Positions 22,501 through 34,516 of a stretch of 64,000 bases of DNA are shown in pieces. The translations under genes and the position numbers were made by a program. Origin of the DNA: Calcarisporiella thermophila CBS 279.70 (lineage: Eukaryota; Fungi; Calcarisporiellomycota); assembly GCF_041956535.1 (NCBI RefSeq), contig NW_027192196.1, positions 861,823 through 925,822 of the forward strand. Direction: 5' to 3'. The notes below the pieces were generated by a model, which was not told the origin of the DNA, made no database searches, and was given only the letters and a program-made list of their open reading frames with translations. Each line of letters starts with the position of its first letter. Position 1 is the first letter of the stretch.

Positions 22501-25500
22501 CGTTCGCATCTGCCGCAGAAGCAGAGATGGGAGCGGGGTCTGCGGCAACTTGAGCGAATGATTTAGTAGAGAGCGCTGGGGGAGGAGGGTGTAAAGTACC
22601 ATTCCGCTGCTCATGGGGATCTGGTATATGCTCATGGAAATCAGGGGCCGGAGACGATGCTATATGCACACCTTGAGCATTTAACTCAGACCTGCGTTGG
22701 AGACGGCGACGATCCACAGATACTGGAGGGACCACAAATTCTCGAGACGTGCCACTCGAGGACTTGTGCGATCGTGGTGGAAGCTGCTGCTTGTGTGCGC
22801 GCCTCCTCTCCTCTGCCGCATGGGCGTTGTCAACTGCTTGGACCCGGATGGGCCCGGTTGCGGAGCTGTCCCTTTCATTTGCATTCCCCCTCCTCTTGGA
22901 AATCTCACCGTCGTGTGAAGCTGTATGGACTGCCAGGCGAGTTTGGCCTTGTGCATGGCTGGCCTCTCTTCCCATCATCTGGAGCAGACCGCGTACCCAG
23001 TCGGATTGGTTTACTGCCCTATGGCTCTCATTCTCCACGCGCAAAAATTTCCATCGTGAATTGGAGCTGTTGCTCTCAGAAGGCAGTCTGGAAGTAGCGG
23101 AACCGGCATGCGAAGAATTTCGACCTGCAGAACGTGGGCGGGACGTGGCGCCGGAGGGTTTCGAACGAGGGGGTAGACGTGCGATTGCATTGGTTGCCTC
23201 TGTAATTTTGCAATAAATCATCAGTTACCAAATGATAAAGCTCGAAGAATGGGTCACTACCTTGACGAGTGAAGGATTTTGGATAGGAGAGCCTAGACTG
23301 CTTCAGCCGAGGTTGGCGAGTTGTATTTGGGGTGGTCCGCTTGGACTTGGCAACAGACCTCCGAGATCCAATCCCATATGCCCGGGTACGTAGGGTACCC
23401 CGCGCAGCTGAACTTGATCCAAGCCGATTTCTTGCTCGTTGCACGATCCCCAAGCGCGTCTGTCGAAGTCTTTTTCGACTTTGGACGCTGGATGGAGAAG
23501 CCGGGCGTCGGGTGATCATGCGGTTAATAAGATCGCGCTCATAAGCTAGATCTCCAGGGTCGCTTATTGCGTACTCGGGAGAGCTAGGGTCAGACCCTAG
23601 GGGTGGCCAAGCTCGCCAATCGAGGTCGCTGTTATAGGCTCCTTCATCATCGATTTCTCCGTTACTGCCTTCGCGGTCTTCCTCTTCCCCGTTGTCTTCA
23701 TTTTCTTCGTCCGTAAAGACATCATTGACTCCCGCGAGGTGCAGAGAGAGATTCAGAGGCGGAGGAAGTGGAGGAGGGCTGGACGGTCTATCTTTGTATA
23801 CGGGATATGGGGAAATAGCTGATATATTTTCGGGCATAGGTGTTTCCGAGACCCGGTCCACAGGATCTCTTTGTTCCTCTCCGTTCGGATGATCATTAGG
23901 ACCCGCTGACGGGTACTCCACAGGGGGCGAGGGTCGTTGTGAAGGGAATCGGGCCCGTCGCCGTGACTCCAGTTGCTCTCGTCGTGTACGCTCGCGTCGC
24001 AATGCGTCTTCGCGGAGTTGACGCTGGTATACTTTGGTGAAGGATGAGGGAAGTATCCCTTTTAGCCGTTTCTTATTTACCTGTCGCACATCCGTGATGC
24101 GTTTATGATGGCTCTGGTGGTAGTGAGAGTTTATCAGCTGGCGAATGTTTGCTGCTCTCGCGCCCAACTCACCGCTTTCCTCCTCTCTCACTTGCACATC
24201 ACTAAGCTCCTCCTCATCGCTACTTGGTTCAAGATCACTCGAGGCCAGAATTCGTCGAACTTTTCTTTGGAAACGGTTGCTTTTGGAGGACACATGGGGC
24301 TGGGATTTTGTATTTCCATCGCTGTCATACTCTGTGGGATGACGGGAAAGATATGATTGGGCTCCCCCAGCAGAAGTCGAGGGTATTCCAGAAAGCAGTT
24401 CAGACATGTTTGGGAGCTCGTCATCTCCGCTGTCTACAAGCTGTCCCTCCTCGTCCACCCTGTGCTCAGCGTTGGATTCCAGCGTCCGCCGACGCTTCCT
24501 ATGGTCTTTCTGAGGAGCATCTGCCTTCTTTCGCTTCTCCGCGCGTTTTCTATGGAACACATTGGCTCCTAGGGTTGCATCCGAGCCATTTGATCGGGAA
24601 GTTCTTCCCACCCCCCTTCCTCGCTGAATGAGCTGGCGCCTAACATTTCTCCCGTAAGTATAAGGCAATGGGCGTCTCAGCCGAGAAACTTTGTCAGAGC
24701 GTTGCAGAGATCGTCTAGTGGCAGAATAGATCGAGTTTTTGATTTTGATACGAGCGTTCCTCCTCTTAGACTGCATAGCTGTTTCCGTGCCCCCAGCCTC
24801 TATTGCCTCCACATAGTCTGGGTCAAAAAACACGCCTCTATACCGGCGCTTGTGAGACTCTACTGAAGCTTCTTCTGAGTTGGAGCCAGGGAGCGTGCGA
24901 CCAATTAGTTGGTAATACTTTACTTTATCGACAGTGTATGGATGAAGTTGGAGCTGAGTACGTTTACGGAGCGAACGCTTGGGTTCTTGAATTGCGGTTG
25001 TATGCGCATCAATCGGGCCGGCTACACGGGTGTTTGCAATATCCGCTCCATTGTCCTCCTCAATTCCCTTCCCGTCAAGCACATGACCAACAGCAGGGGC
25101 ATTATTTCCTGCATTTAGAATAGGAAAGTATTCCATGATGGCCTCAGGTGGGGATGAAGGCGGAAGGGTATCGAGATCAGCGGGTAATTGTTCCGTCTCC
25201 ACTACATTCAAGTTGGGGCGCGGCACTGAGTTTCCAATTTCCTCCGGCGGTGAAAATACTTGGTCCACAGTGTCCGTTGGCAAAGAATCGGTCGGGAGAG
25301 TAATGGCAGGTTGGGAGGCTATCCTTACAACTTGTTCGAGTCTTTCAGCATGATCAACTTGCGCAGTAGGCGCAGTTTTACTTCTCGGGAGCGAAATCGG
25401 CAGTGGAATGAAAGAAGAACTACGCATTACATTTGAAGGTGGAATGGGTATCGTGGAGGGAGGAGAACAAGAAATCCTAGCTATCGATGCTGAATCCATG

Positions 25501-25850
25501 GTGGCGTGGTCCGTAAGAATGGGAGAGTGCTGGATCAAGATGGTCTGCGAAGAGCCATCGTAGATCTGAGATGACTCGGATGGTGAGGCGAGGCTTGCGA
25601 ATGATTGTGGTGATTCAGGGATCAGAACTGGATCCTGGGGTGGGGGCGATGTCGGCTGGATGGGGCTGCTCACCACGGTTGGATCAACCGAGGGCAGGCA
25701 GCTCAGAGAGAGAAGTCCCCCACCTTCGACATGGCGCTTCGCCTGTTCAACCGCGGCGAGATCCACCGATTCCTCCTGTTGCTGTTGTTGGTTGATTGCT
25801 TTAGGGCGTTTATCTGCAATAGATTCATCTTTATTTAATTCTAGTTGCAT
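19596..25850 (-). CDS. MMS22: Mus7/MMS22-family replication-repair protein (~2000 aa, 4 exons)
   Basis: Motifs of fungal Mus7/Mms22: RSLRKRTQLQLHPY, KKRLKGILPSSF, DLINRM, FGMERLPSGFSFTSDTYIGQG, WGW, DTCFHIFLKL, SLANHYNISLL, VEHRLR/SWE. A 61-nt intron at 23200-23260 joins the 941-aa and 947-aa ORFs in frame. Confidence 0.85.
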
Positions 25851-25935
25851 CAGCCTAACAGCATAAGGAGGAATGATAAAAAGGAAAACTATTATTATCA
25901 AAGTATCGAAAACGACGTGTCGAGTCTAGTTTATT

Positions 25936-26164
25936 ACGCGAGCCCACCATCGACGCGTTTTTTTGCTCCTTTACGTGACTCTGCTACGACTCACGGTATT
26001 CAAGGAAACCTAACCTATGACTTGAGAACCCTAACCTAATTGCAGCCTCGAATGAGGTGTTTTCGCCGCTCTACATTAATATCTGAGTGGAGTTTATCGC
26101 TGTGCACCGTTTCACATTTTCACCCGTGGCTTCAAGTATTGGACACAAATCCAAACGCGAAAAA
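25936..26164. promoter_or_regulatory. MCB/SCB-like boxes upstream of MMS22
   Basis: ACGCGA at 25936-25941, ACGCGT at 25953-25958 and ACGCGAAAAA at 26155-26164. Confidence 0.5.
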
Positions 26165-26331
26165 GCAGGATAAAAACTGACCGATTCCCACTTTTTCCTC
26201 GATCTCCACTCTATTTCTCAGTAACTTTTCTTTTCTCCTCTCCCCATACTCCATCTCTTCTGACGCCGGCCGTCATCTGATATCCTCAGACGTTTTTTAT
26301 TCACTCTTCTTAAACGTTCAACTAGCAAAAC

Positions 26332-26877
26332 ATGCGTTCCTACACCATCGCCACCATTCTTGCTCTCTTTGCACTATCCACCCTCACCGTCGCCCTTGAA
26401 ATTCTCGTCGGTGCTGGGGGCCAGAATTATGACCCCCCGGAAGCAACGGTTCGCATTAATGAAACCATCACTTGGAAATGGCTTAAGGGCCCGCACACCG
26501 TTACCCGGTCCGCTAACGCTACCAATCCCTGCTCGCCATTCCCGGATGGATTCGTGGGAGGCAAATTTGACTCGGGATCCCTTTCTACCGGTACCTTCTC
26601 TATGCAATTTGACACTCCCGGTGTGGTGTGGTACTACTGCTCGGTGGGTCAACATTGCGCCAATGGAATGAAGGCCAAGATCACTGTCTTGCGTGCGGAT
26701 GAACCTTTCCCTTCTAATGCCAACAAGCCTGCTTCCGCTTCTGCTCCAGCCGCGTCGGCATCAGCCAAGCCTCCCGGCAATTCATCTCCTGCCTATGGCG
26801 CTGCGGCTGGAGTGAGCCCAGGAGAAGCACTGAAAATGGCGCTCTTAGTTTTGGTCGGGTTCGTACTAGTTTTGTGA
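26332..26877 (+). CDS. Secreted, probably GPI-anchored cupredoxin (blue-copper) protein
   Basis: Signal peptide, HTVT and YYCSVGQHCANGM (His/Cys/His/Met type-1 Cu ligands), an Ala/Ser/Pro linker and a hydrophobic C-terminal tail. Confidence 0.88.
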   Translation: MRSYTIATILALFALSTLTVALEILVGAGGQNYDPPEATVRINETITWKWLKGPHTVTRSANATNPCSPFPDGFVGGKFDSGSLSTGTFSMQFDTPGVVWYYCSVGQHCANGMKAKITVLRADEPFPSNANKPASASAPAASASAKPPGNSSPAYGAAAGVSPGEALKMALLVLVGFVLVL

Positions 26878-27258
26878 TCAGAGTTGAATGTGATGAAGGA
26901 AAAAAAAATCAGTCGGGAATAGTTACTGAGCCCCCCTCCCCCTTTTATATCTTTAAAACGCTGTGCGTTTGTTTGAGTTCCTTGGACTTTGTAAGTCTTA
27001 ATTTCCCCCACGTATTTCAGCATTGAGCCGGTCCTCATTACTATTCCTTTGCGCTATGCATTTTGAAAACCTATCTCTCGTATGCATTTGATCTTTACCT
27101 TTATGCATTTGAGTTTGGCGAATAAACCCGAATTCAAAAAACTTCCTTTCTCTGCTTTTGTGCAAACATTGGATTATATTTCGACAAAATGAGGATTACA
27201 TATAGATGCATGGGTGTATATGGGATTATTTAAGGAGGAAATAGATCACTGCGAACAA

Positions 27259-28716
27259 TTAGGTGGCACTGGATTTTCCATCGTGCGAATAACGGGCCTG
27301 GTAGTGGGTAAGGTGGGGCATCTTTCGACCGATATCGTCGGCGATCTCCGAATTCGACTCTGGAGGGCCGTGATCCTGGGGCCCGGAGGTCGGGCGTAGC
27401 TCGAGGTTTGAAGGGGAGCCGTCACCCAAGGGCTCTCCCGAGGTTTCCGACGAGACTTCCTCGAGAATTTGGGTTGAGCCCGCTTCTGAGGCATTGGTCG
27501 AGTCGCCTCCGTCCAAGATCTGCTGCTCGAGAAGAGCCTTCTCAAAATCCTCGAGTCGCCTCGACACAGGATTCTCGAGATTGGAGCGCAGGCTATCGAA
27601 ATGGTGTAGCACCTCACGGGTAAACAGAGGGGATACGACGGTTGGGAAGGAGAGGCTCGGGGAAGAGCTTCGGGCAATGGGTGCAGGTTCGGAAGCGGCG
27701 AAAGAGGGAAGACGGAGTGAGCTCACCCTCCATAACCCGTGCTCCATGGCTGGAGGAGGTTCGGACATGGTAAAGTACCGTGAGGTCGGTGAGGTAGGGG
27801 TATCCGGGCGAAAACTTGGCCCTTCCATGGCGGTCTCCTCTCCAGGTTCGTCAAGCGTACTCGAATCTTGCTCTGATGGCTCTCCCGCTCCCTCTTCGTC
27901 CTTCTTCTCCCTCACGACTATCTCTTGCTCTCCTGATTCCCACCGCTCCTTCTGCTGCGGGTACTCTTCCTCTCCTCCCAATCCCACCACCACCACCCCC
28001 TTCTCTTCCTCCTCGTCCTCTCTCTTGCGTACACCCTTTTCTTTCATTATGGTGGCAAGCGGCAAGTTTGAATCGCTTCTTTGGTATCGTTGCTCTCGCT
28101 CTTGCATCTCCTTAGCCAGACGCTTCCGCTTCTGAAAATGGTGTCCGAGGCACACAATGCAAGACCCCATCAGTATTGCTATCACTATAAAGGGGGTGAT
28201 GACCATCAGGACCCCGAGGGGGCCATTGATGGTAAACAAGGGAGAATTGGTGTCAGCGCCGCTGGACTTGGCCGGCGGTGCTGAAACAGAAGAAGACTCT
28301 ACAAGGGAGTCCGTAGGGGATGGGTCGGTCGGCGAAGGACTCTGGGATGTGGCTTGTTTGTCGGGGACGTCGACGACTGCCCGCAGCTCTGTAATGGCGG
28401 GGGCGGGAGCGACTTTTGCAGCCTGAGCTACGAAATAGCCCAGCCCATCGTCGGTGTTAGAGGATGCGCGGGATTGGGTGGGTGCGGGGACGAGACTCGG
28501 GGACGGCTGGGCGGATAAGTAGCTGGCAAGGGGGAAAGAGAGGATATAGTCTGCAGAAGGAGAGCCTCGTTTGAATCTGCGACCCTCCCGCAGATAATAG
28601 AAATGGCGCGACTCGGGTTTAGAAGATCTCGAGTTGACGCGTTGCGCTGTAGGGAAAGAGTTGGCCGTCATTGGTAGTGCTAAAACAAGCGACGCTAGCA
28701 ACAGCAACTCCTTCAT
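27259..28716 (-). CDS. Type I single-pass membrane protein of unknown function (~485 aa)
   Basis: Signal peptide MKELLLLASLVLAL, Ser/Pro-rich ectodomain with dibasic RRFKR, TM helix GPLGVLMVITPFIVIAILMGSCIVCLG followed by KRKR, and an acidic disordered tail. Intronless ORF. Confidence 0.75.
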   Translation of the reverse strand: MKELLLLASLVLALPMTANSFPTAQRVNSRSSKPESRHFYYLREGRRFKRGSPSADYILSFPLASYLSAQPSPSLVPAPTQSRASSNTDDGLGYFVAQAAKVAPAPAITELRAVVDVPDKQATSQSPSPTDPSPTDSLVESSSVSAPPAKSSGADTNSPLFTINGPLGVLMVITPFIVIAILMGSCIVCLGHHFQKRKRLAKEMQEREQRYQRSDSNLPLATIMKEKGVRKREDEEEEKGVVVVGLGGEEEYPQQKERWESGEQEIVVREKKDEEGAGEPSEQDSSTLDEPGEETAMEGPSFRPDTPTSPTSRYFTMSEPPPAMEHGLWRVSSLRLPSFAASEPAPIARSSSPSLSFPTVVSPLFTREVLHHFDSLRSNLENPVSRRLEDFEKALLEQQILDGGDSTNASEAGSTQILEEVSSETSGEPLGDGSPSNLELRPTSGPQDHGPPESNSEIADDIGRKMPHLTHYQARYSHDGKSSAT

Positions 28717-29326
28717 AGGCTTGCAAGATATTAAGAATACTACACACAAAAAAAAAAGCAAGACGGGATAAGACTATGGTGTGCACTGGTTTTCTTTTTT
28801 TTTGCTGCTTTCAAATTGAACAATTTCATCGGCTTAATTTGAAATCAAAGTAACTCTTATCCCGTAATTGGAAGTGAAATTTAGGAGGTCACACGGTAAG
28901 TTTTCCGGTTCTTGCGTAATTTCAGCGAGGAGGGAACAAAAATTCGACTACACGAGGGAAGAAGGCAAATAACAAACCATCATGCCCCAGAGTGGGTCTG
29001 AAAAGAGTCTAATATGAGCAAAGCACACTCTCTAATTTGTATCGGTAGGAAAAGAGAATGTTTTTATCGAGTGTTGTCATAGCGCAATCGCAAAAGGACG
29101 CGCTTAAAAGTCAAGGAGACGCTGTACATTGCCATAAGAGAGCAGTGGTGAAAAAAAAAGAAACCTTGAGAGTTTCTCTGTATAGGAGAGGATATGAAAT
29201 ATATAGGCTAGAAGATTAAAAGGCACGAGAAAGTATGGTACATAATATAAATTGAGAGAATGTATATATTTAGAGGAGGAGGGAGGAGGGGGGGGGAGGG
29301 AGGGGGTGAAGGAGGGGGAATAGAAC

Positions 29327-29622
29327 CTAGTGCGGATTACTGGAATGCCGTCGTGCGCGTTCATTGAAACACGACTGGCAAACGGTGAATGTGCGCAATT
29401 TCTTGGAATGAAGAGCACAATAATGGCGAGAGCACCACCTGCAAAAGAAAATATGGTCATTGCAAAGCGGCTCAGGGCTCTTGCACTTAGAACAGCGCAC
29501 ACTGGCTAATGCATCTTTTTCGCACCCCTCTTCTTTGCAGATTCTGTAACATGGAAGAGCGAGGGAGAAGTGGGTTAGCGACTCTGTGCGAAGATGAATG
29601 AGCATGCATACTTTTGACCCAT
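29327..29622 (-). CDS. Putative 75-aa Cys/His-rich zinc-binding microprotein, 2 exons
   Basis: ATG GGT CAA AA|gtatgc...gctaac...ttacag|A ATC TGC (intron 29544-29611) gives MGQKICKEEGCEKDALASVRCSKCKSPEPLCNDHIFFCRWCSRHYCALHSKKLRTFTVCQSCFNERARRHSSNPH. Confidence 0.65.
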
Positions 29623-31702
29623 GGACGTGGAATGACGATGAGCGGTCGGCTAAGGAGAACAGGCGGAAGAAGAGAATTCCAAGCGATTCCCGATGGAGAG
29701 GGAGATGGTAAGCTTGGAGGGGGAAATAGAGTAGAGCAAGAGGAGGGTGGGGAAACCAAGGTTTTCCGGGCGAACTTAAAAATGCAGCGGGTCCACGCAA
29801 GAGAGAAGGAATTTCATCTTGCCTTTGACGGTGGTCGGGAAATTGCCATCTCTTCCTGGATGCCATCGAGCTGACACTCGAGGGGCGGAGAAGGATGACA
29901 GCCGCTTGTCATTCGACATGGCCGCTGCGGGCTGTGAGATTGTTTGTAGGCCCGCATCCTTCCGGTCTGCTCTCGCCTCTAATTTCTCGCCAGAGCTCGA
30001 TGCAGCTTGGAGCAGGAACCTAATGGGGATGGGTGGCGACCGGGGCAGAAAGTGTTCACGCTCGGCCTGTTCCAACTTACAATTAGGCCTCGCTTGCAGC
30101 TTGAAAACAATCCGGGCCCCCTCCATAGTTTGGCTGCAATGCAAGCACCTTCTCTGGCGCTGGGGGGAAGAAAGGAATTTGTCATCCGAAGCTGCAGCCA
30201 TAAAATAACGAAAAGTAATCCGGCCCCGAGAGCAAGTGGAGTCGGAGAATTTGGCAAAGTGCCGCACGATAAGCCGAACGGAATGGGTGGTTTTCCCACT
30301 GCATAGCTTGCGACTAAGCTCCATTCGGCCCCGCAGTGAGAAAAACTTCCCCCTCCTCCCTTGGAAGAGCAAAGTACCGGCCCGCTGCAGTAGCGCTAAC
30401 GAGAAGGGTGGTCAAGCTGAGGGTGTGTAAGGGCCGAATCAGCCATCTCTCCTTCTCTGCAACCAGTCCTTTCTAGAAAGGCTGACGATCCTCACTCTGC
30501 ATGCAGCTGCTCCTGGAGGTGCCGCTTGCTTTGAAGGGGCCAACCTCGCCCCCCTGCTCTCCCCCTCTTCTCTGTTATATCCTCACGTTGACTGCTGCCG
30601 GTCCTTCTTTTCTTTATCTGCTCCGTCCTCGGCGGAAAGATTGCCGGTGCCAGGATCGAACTCGATCGACATTGATGGTGAGTTCGAACCAGTCGGAACC
30701 CTTCAGGCCCATACGGAACAATATTGCACCGAGTAAAAGAGGGTCTTAAGGAGGGGGAGAAAAACCCTCACCATGATGCAGAAGAGCAACTTGAAAATAA
30801 CTCGCCTAAATGGTTTGTCTCCATCTACATCATCCGCTCACGTCCGACTCAAATAAAACAAGCTGTTACGCTCAACGTCATCCGTTGTCTGCTATAGTCT
30901 CCATGCCTGCACACTAGGGCCTCCAGTAGTGCTTCTAGAAGATCCAGCTCCATTCACACGTGTACATCCATGATAATTAAAACGGGAAGGTAATTTTGGA
31001 GTTATTAAACCAAGTGCAGCAACCAATGTATTTCCGGTAAGCTCAGATGACCTTAATAGGAGATGATGTGCGGAGGGTAAAGCAAAAAAATCAAGGCCAT
31101 CGATGTGCGTGTGTTGGGAGGGAAGCCAGATCCCAGCTAAGATTGAGGCGTACGCTTTACACTCAAGGATGCTCGCCATATACCACGGCCAACTAGTTCA
31201 AACCAAAGGAAAGAGAAGCGAGTGGCTAAAACAGGCCATTTCCTAGAGTAGTGCCAGGTTATCTGACTCTGAATATGGCCCACACACTCTGGCAGGAGGG
31301 TATACCGAAGCCGAAACACCCTTGGTTGCGGACGAAGAGTCTGTTTGGCCGGACAAGAGAGGGTCCTCCCTCAAAATAAGCATGCTGGCTAATCATGGGC
31401 TCAATTTATCTCGGTTCGGATTTTTCCTCAAGCAAGGGGGCCTAACACCAAGCATTGCACCCCAATCTCGCGAGGAAAGGTGGCACACTAACACCCAGAG
31501 ATTTTTGGCTTAGGTCTATCGAGGAAAGAAATCTTGGCTCGCTGCTACCACAAAACAGAGGGATTTTATCGGAGTATACCATGGTAACAACCTATTATGA
31601 AACTATTATTACTACCGCGTATAGAACAAATGAGCTTGTCAATATATATCCGCCCTCCCCATTCCCCCTGAGTTTTTTTTTTTGGAACTAGCTCCTGTGA
31701 AT

Positions 31703-33679
31703 ATGAGATGCTCCATTAGTGACAAGGAGGACGACCTGGGATATGAATACCTCAATGGAAATAAAATCGCCAAGGCCACCTCAGAGGGGCTTGGTGCTCT
31801 TTTCTCCCAAATGGAGGCTCTAGAGGAGGCTCTGAATGCGATAAGGCAGAATGCCAGTCTGTCGCCCCAATGTGGGACAACCATCTCGATTCAGAGCCGA
31901 GATAATGAGACACTCGCCGAGGGTGGGGATAGACAAAGCTTGCGCGCTGAAAAAGAATGGTGCAATAGCATGAATGGAATGGATTGTAATTTCCTAATGA
32001 CAGGCAAGGAGCTACGATTTCAGGCCCGCTTATCATCGCTAGGCGATCTACTACGTCTTTTTCGCCTGCACGATATAGAGGTGAAATCATCCCCTTCTAT
32101 TCCGTTAACCACGGCAAACTCCACTGCGTTGAATGGACAGCCGCAGGGTAATTCTGTTAAACGCTGCTCCATTCTGCTACGGTTTGACCTTGGATTTCAA
32201 AATTCCCGCAAGACATCCTCGCTAAATCGGCTTTCAGAGGGTGAGGGGGCTTCGCTATTGCCCCCCAAGCTGGCCGATTTTCTCATTCACGTATATGCCT
32301 CCGACTGCTTCTACATGTTCCAACACCCCGATCGTGCGGGATTTCTCGATCGGTACTATGCACGAGCTATCCCCCCCGCGTTGCTCCACCCTGCCCTCGC
32401 TTGGGCGGCCGTCCATGTGACCTCGACCCACTTTCGTTCACCCTACAGGAGAAAAATGCGGAAAATAACGGCCTACTTGCTGGAAGAGGCGAGAGCCGCT
32501 CTCGCCGATGCTTTCGATCTTCCAGCAGAGGACACCGTGCTTGGGTTGTTAACCATGTGTATTTGTGAGAGCGAAAGGGATAACAATGCAACCGCATTCA
32601 AGTATCTGTGGCATGCGGTGGTGATGGCACGGGTATTGCAAATGGACCGGGAGCAAGGCAAGAGTGCGATGGCGGAAGTAAGGAGAAGGATATGGTGAGC
32701 ATGCACTCGATGTGTGGTACTCGGAGGGTTTTTACGTGTCCTCACCCGCTCTTGTCTGCTGTGTTTGCAATCCAGGTACGCCCTGTGTCTTTGCGATATT
32801 TTAGCGACCGTCACCGGCAGCATGGAGTCCCTGATTCCGCTCGAGGTGATATCCTCCTCCACGCCGCCTAGAGTGGTATCGGACGAGAGCGCCGAAGCCG
32901 AGTTTCTCCTGGTAAGCGTTGTGCTCTTTGTATCCATGCCGCTGTATATTTTGGTTTCATTCCCTTGGAACGAATGAGCCTATTTTCGTGAGGCTGTGAA
33001 TCTTAATCATGATACCGTTTAGTGGAACCTTGTTCACGGCGTGGGCTTCCTAGTCCAGATCCTTGACATACCCGATCTCGACTTCACCATGTCGGATGCC
33101 GAGATCATCAATTCGTTGAAGCGCGTGAGCACTTTATTGCAACAAAGGTACGACGAGGGCAGTCGGCTTGCGAAGGAAGAGCGATTCAGCCCCCACCCAT
33201 GGATCTCCATCATTCTGCAAACGGAGTTCTACAGCAGCTGGGGACAGCTGTGGCGTCGCTTCTTGGAAGCAGAGGTCCCGCCGGATCGATTTGACACGCC
33301 TTTGATGGGAGAACTACGAAGCGTCGCGCTCCAGGAATCGATTAAGGCTGTCGAAGGCTTCTCCGTGGGCCTTCGACAGGTAGCTGACCTCCGCTCCCTG
33401 TGTCGCCTCGTGCAGCTCGACGTCCATGCGAGGGATATCTGTCGCCTACACCGCTGTATTACCAAGCATCATCCGGACCCCCTCGTCCGTAAACGGAGTG
33501 CAGCCAGTTTGATAGGGTGCTTGCGCAAACTCCGGGAGCGGTCCGAACGAGACTGTGGGCTGATCAAGCGAATATGTCGAGATTTGGTGGAGGCATTAGA
33601 AGTGATGGAGCCCGAGATGTTGATTCTACCTAAGAGAGCAGAGGATGTGCAATTTCGCTTTAAACAGATCGAGTTTTAA
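31703..33679 (+). CDS. Fungal TF middle-homology-region (Fungal_trans-like) protein, paralog 1; no Zn2Cys6 domain seen
   Basis: LADFLIHVY...FQHPDRAGFLDRY...PALLHPALAWAA...TVLGLLTM...YLWHAVVMARVLQMDRE...EVRRRIW/YALCLCD. At least 3 exons; the 5' end is uncertain. Confidence 0.75.
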
Positions 33680-34516
33680 TCGAATATTAGTCCACTCGAT
33701 GCACGATAAACACAATACGGATTGAAAGCCGAACAGACATTTTTCTTGTGTATATAGATTTTTAGGCTATTTATTCCTTATCCTTGTCTAGCTTACCCTA
33801 TTTTTTTTTATTTATTGCATAATCTTCCGCTATCGTTTGTTCCTCAGGCTGGCGACAAACCTGATCATCCAAGTTGTAAGCCCAAATTGTAGATAGTGGA
33901 GCATTCGTTGAGCTTTAAGTTTGCCGTGAAGCACGCTGAATCATAGCCTAGAATATGATAATAAAACGGCAAAAGCCCGAGAAAAAGGGCCTTCATCAAG
34001 TCCTCTTTCACTATCAGGGGAAAGAATACCCACGGTTAGATTGCAGTTTAGCTGCCACCTAGTTTGTCGTTCAAAGCGATAGCAACTTTAGGTGCGAAAA
34101 TTTTGATCCAAGTTATGACAAAGGATGGGGCACATGTCGACAGGAAATAGGTGCGATCTTGGCATGAGTGGAAAGAGACGATAATTCGATATTTCCCTAG
34201 TGACAGTACCGAAGCCTCGAAAATTTCTCCGCTCCAGAATTCTTCGAGTCGGCTGACATTAGCAACGGGTGACTGTCCGAGCAATCGGCTCCGAGCACGG
34301 TTACCATGGGATGCACCCATTCCTTTCGGCACCGGCAAAGGAAAAACGTAGCCGGTTTTCGCACTTGCCATAAAATTTATCCCGCAGAATACAGAATATA
34401 AATATGAGAGGGGATCTTGCGCGCACTACGCCCTCAAAACTTTGCTTTTAGATTTATGATATTTCTATATTAGGCCGATTTTTAAGTGCTGACAAGGAAG
34501 CAGAATAGTGAAAAGG

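Noticed and set aside
23076-23260. Overlap of the 941-aa and 947-aa ORFs, suggesting programmed frameshifting or two genes
   Set aside because: A canonical 61-nt GT-AG intron (23200-23260) with a branch-like TAACTGA joins them in frame.
27494-28135. 213-aa plus-strand Ser-rich ORF, and similar antisense ORFs over MMS22, SGS1 and SQS1
   Set aside because: Antisense shadows of real coding sequence.
29776-30372. 198-aa minus-strand ORF and overlapping plus-strand ORFs
   Set aside because: No recognisable motif, and several frames are open on both strands in GC-rich DNA. Probably spurious or UTR of the Cys-rich gene.
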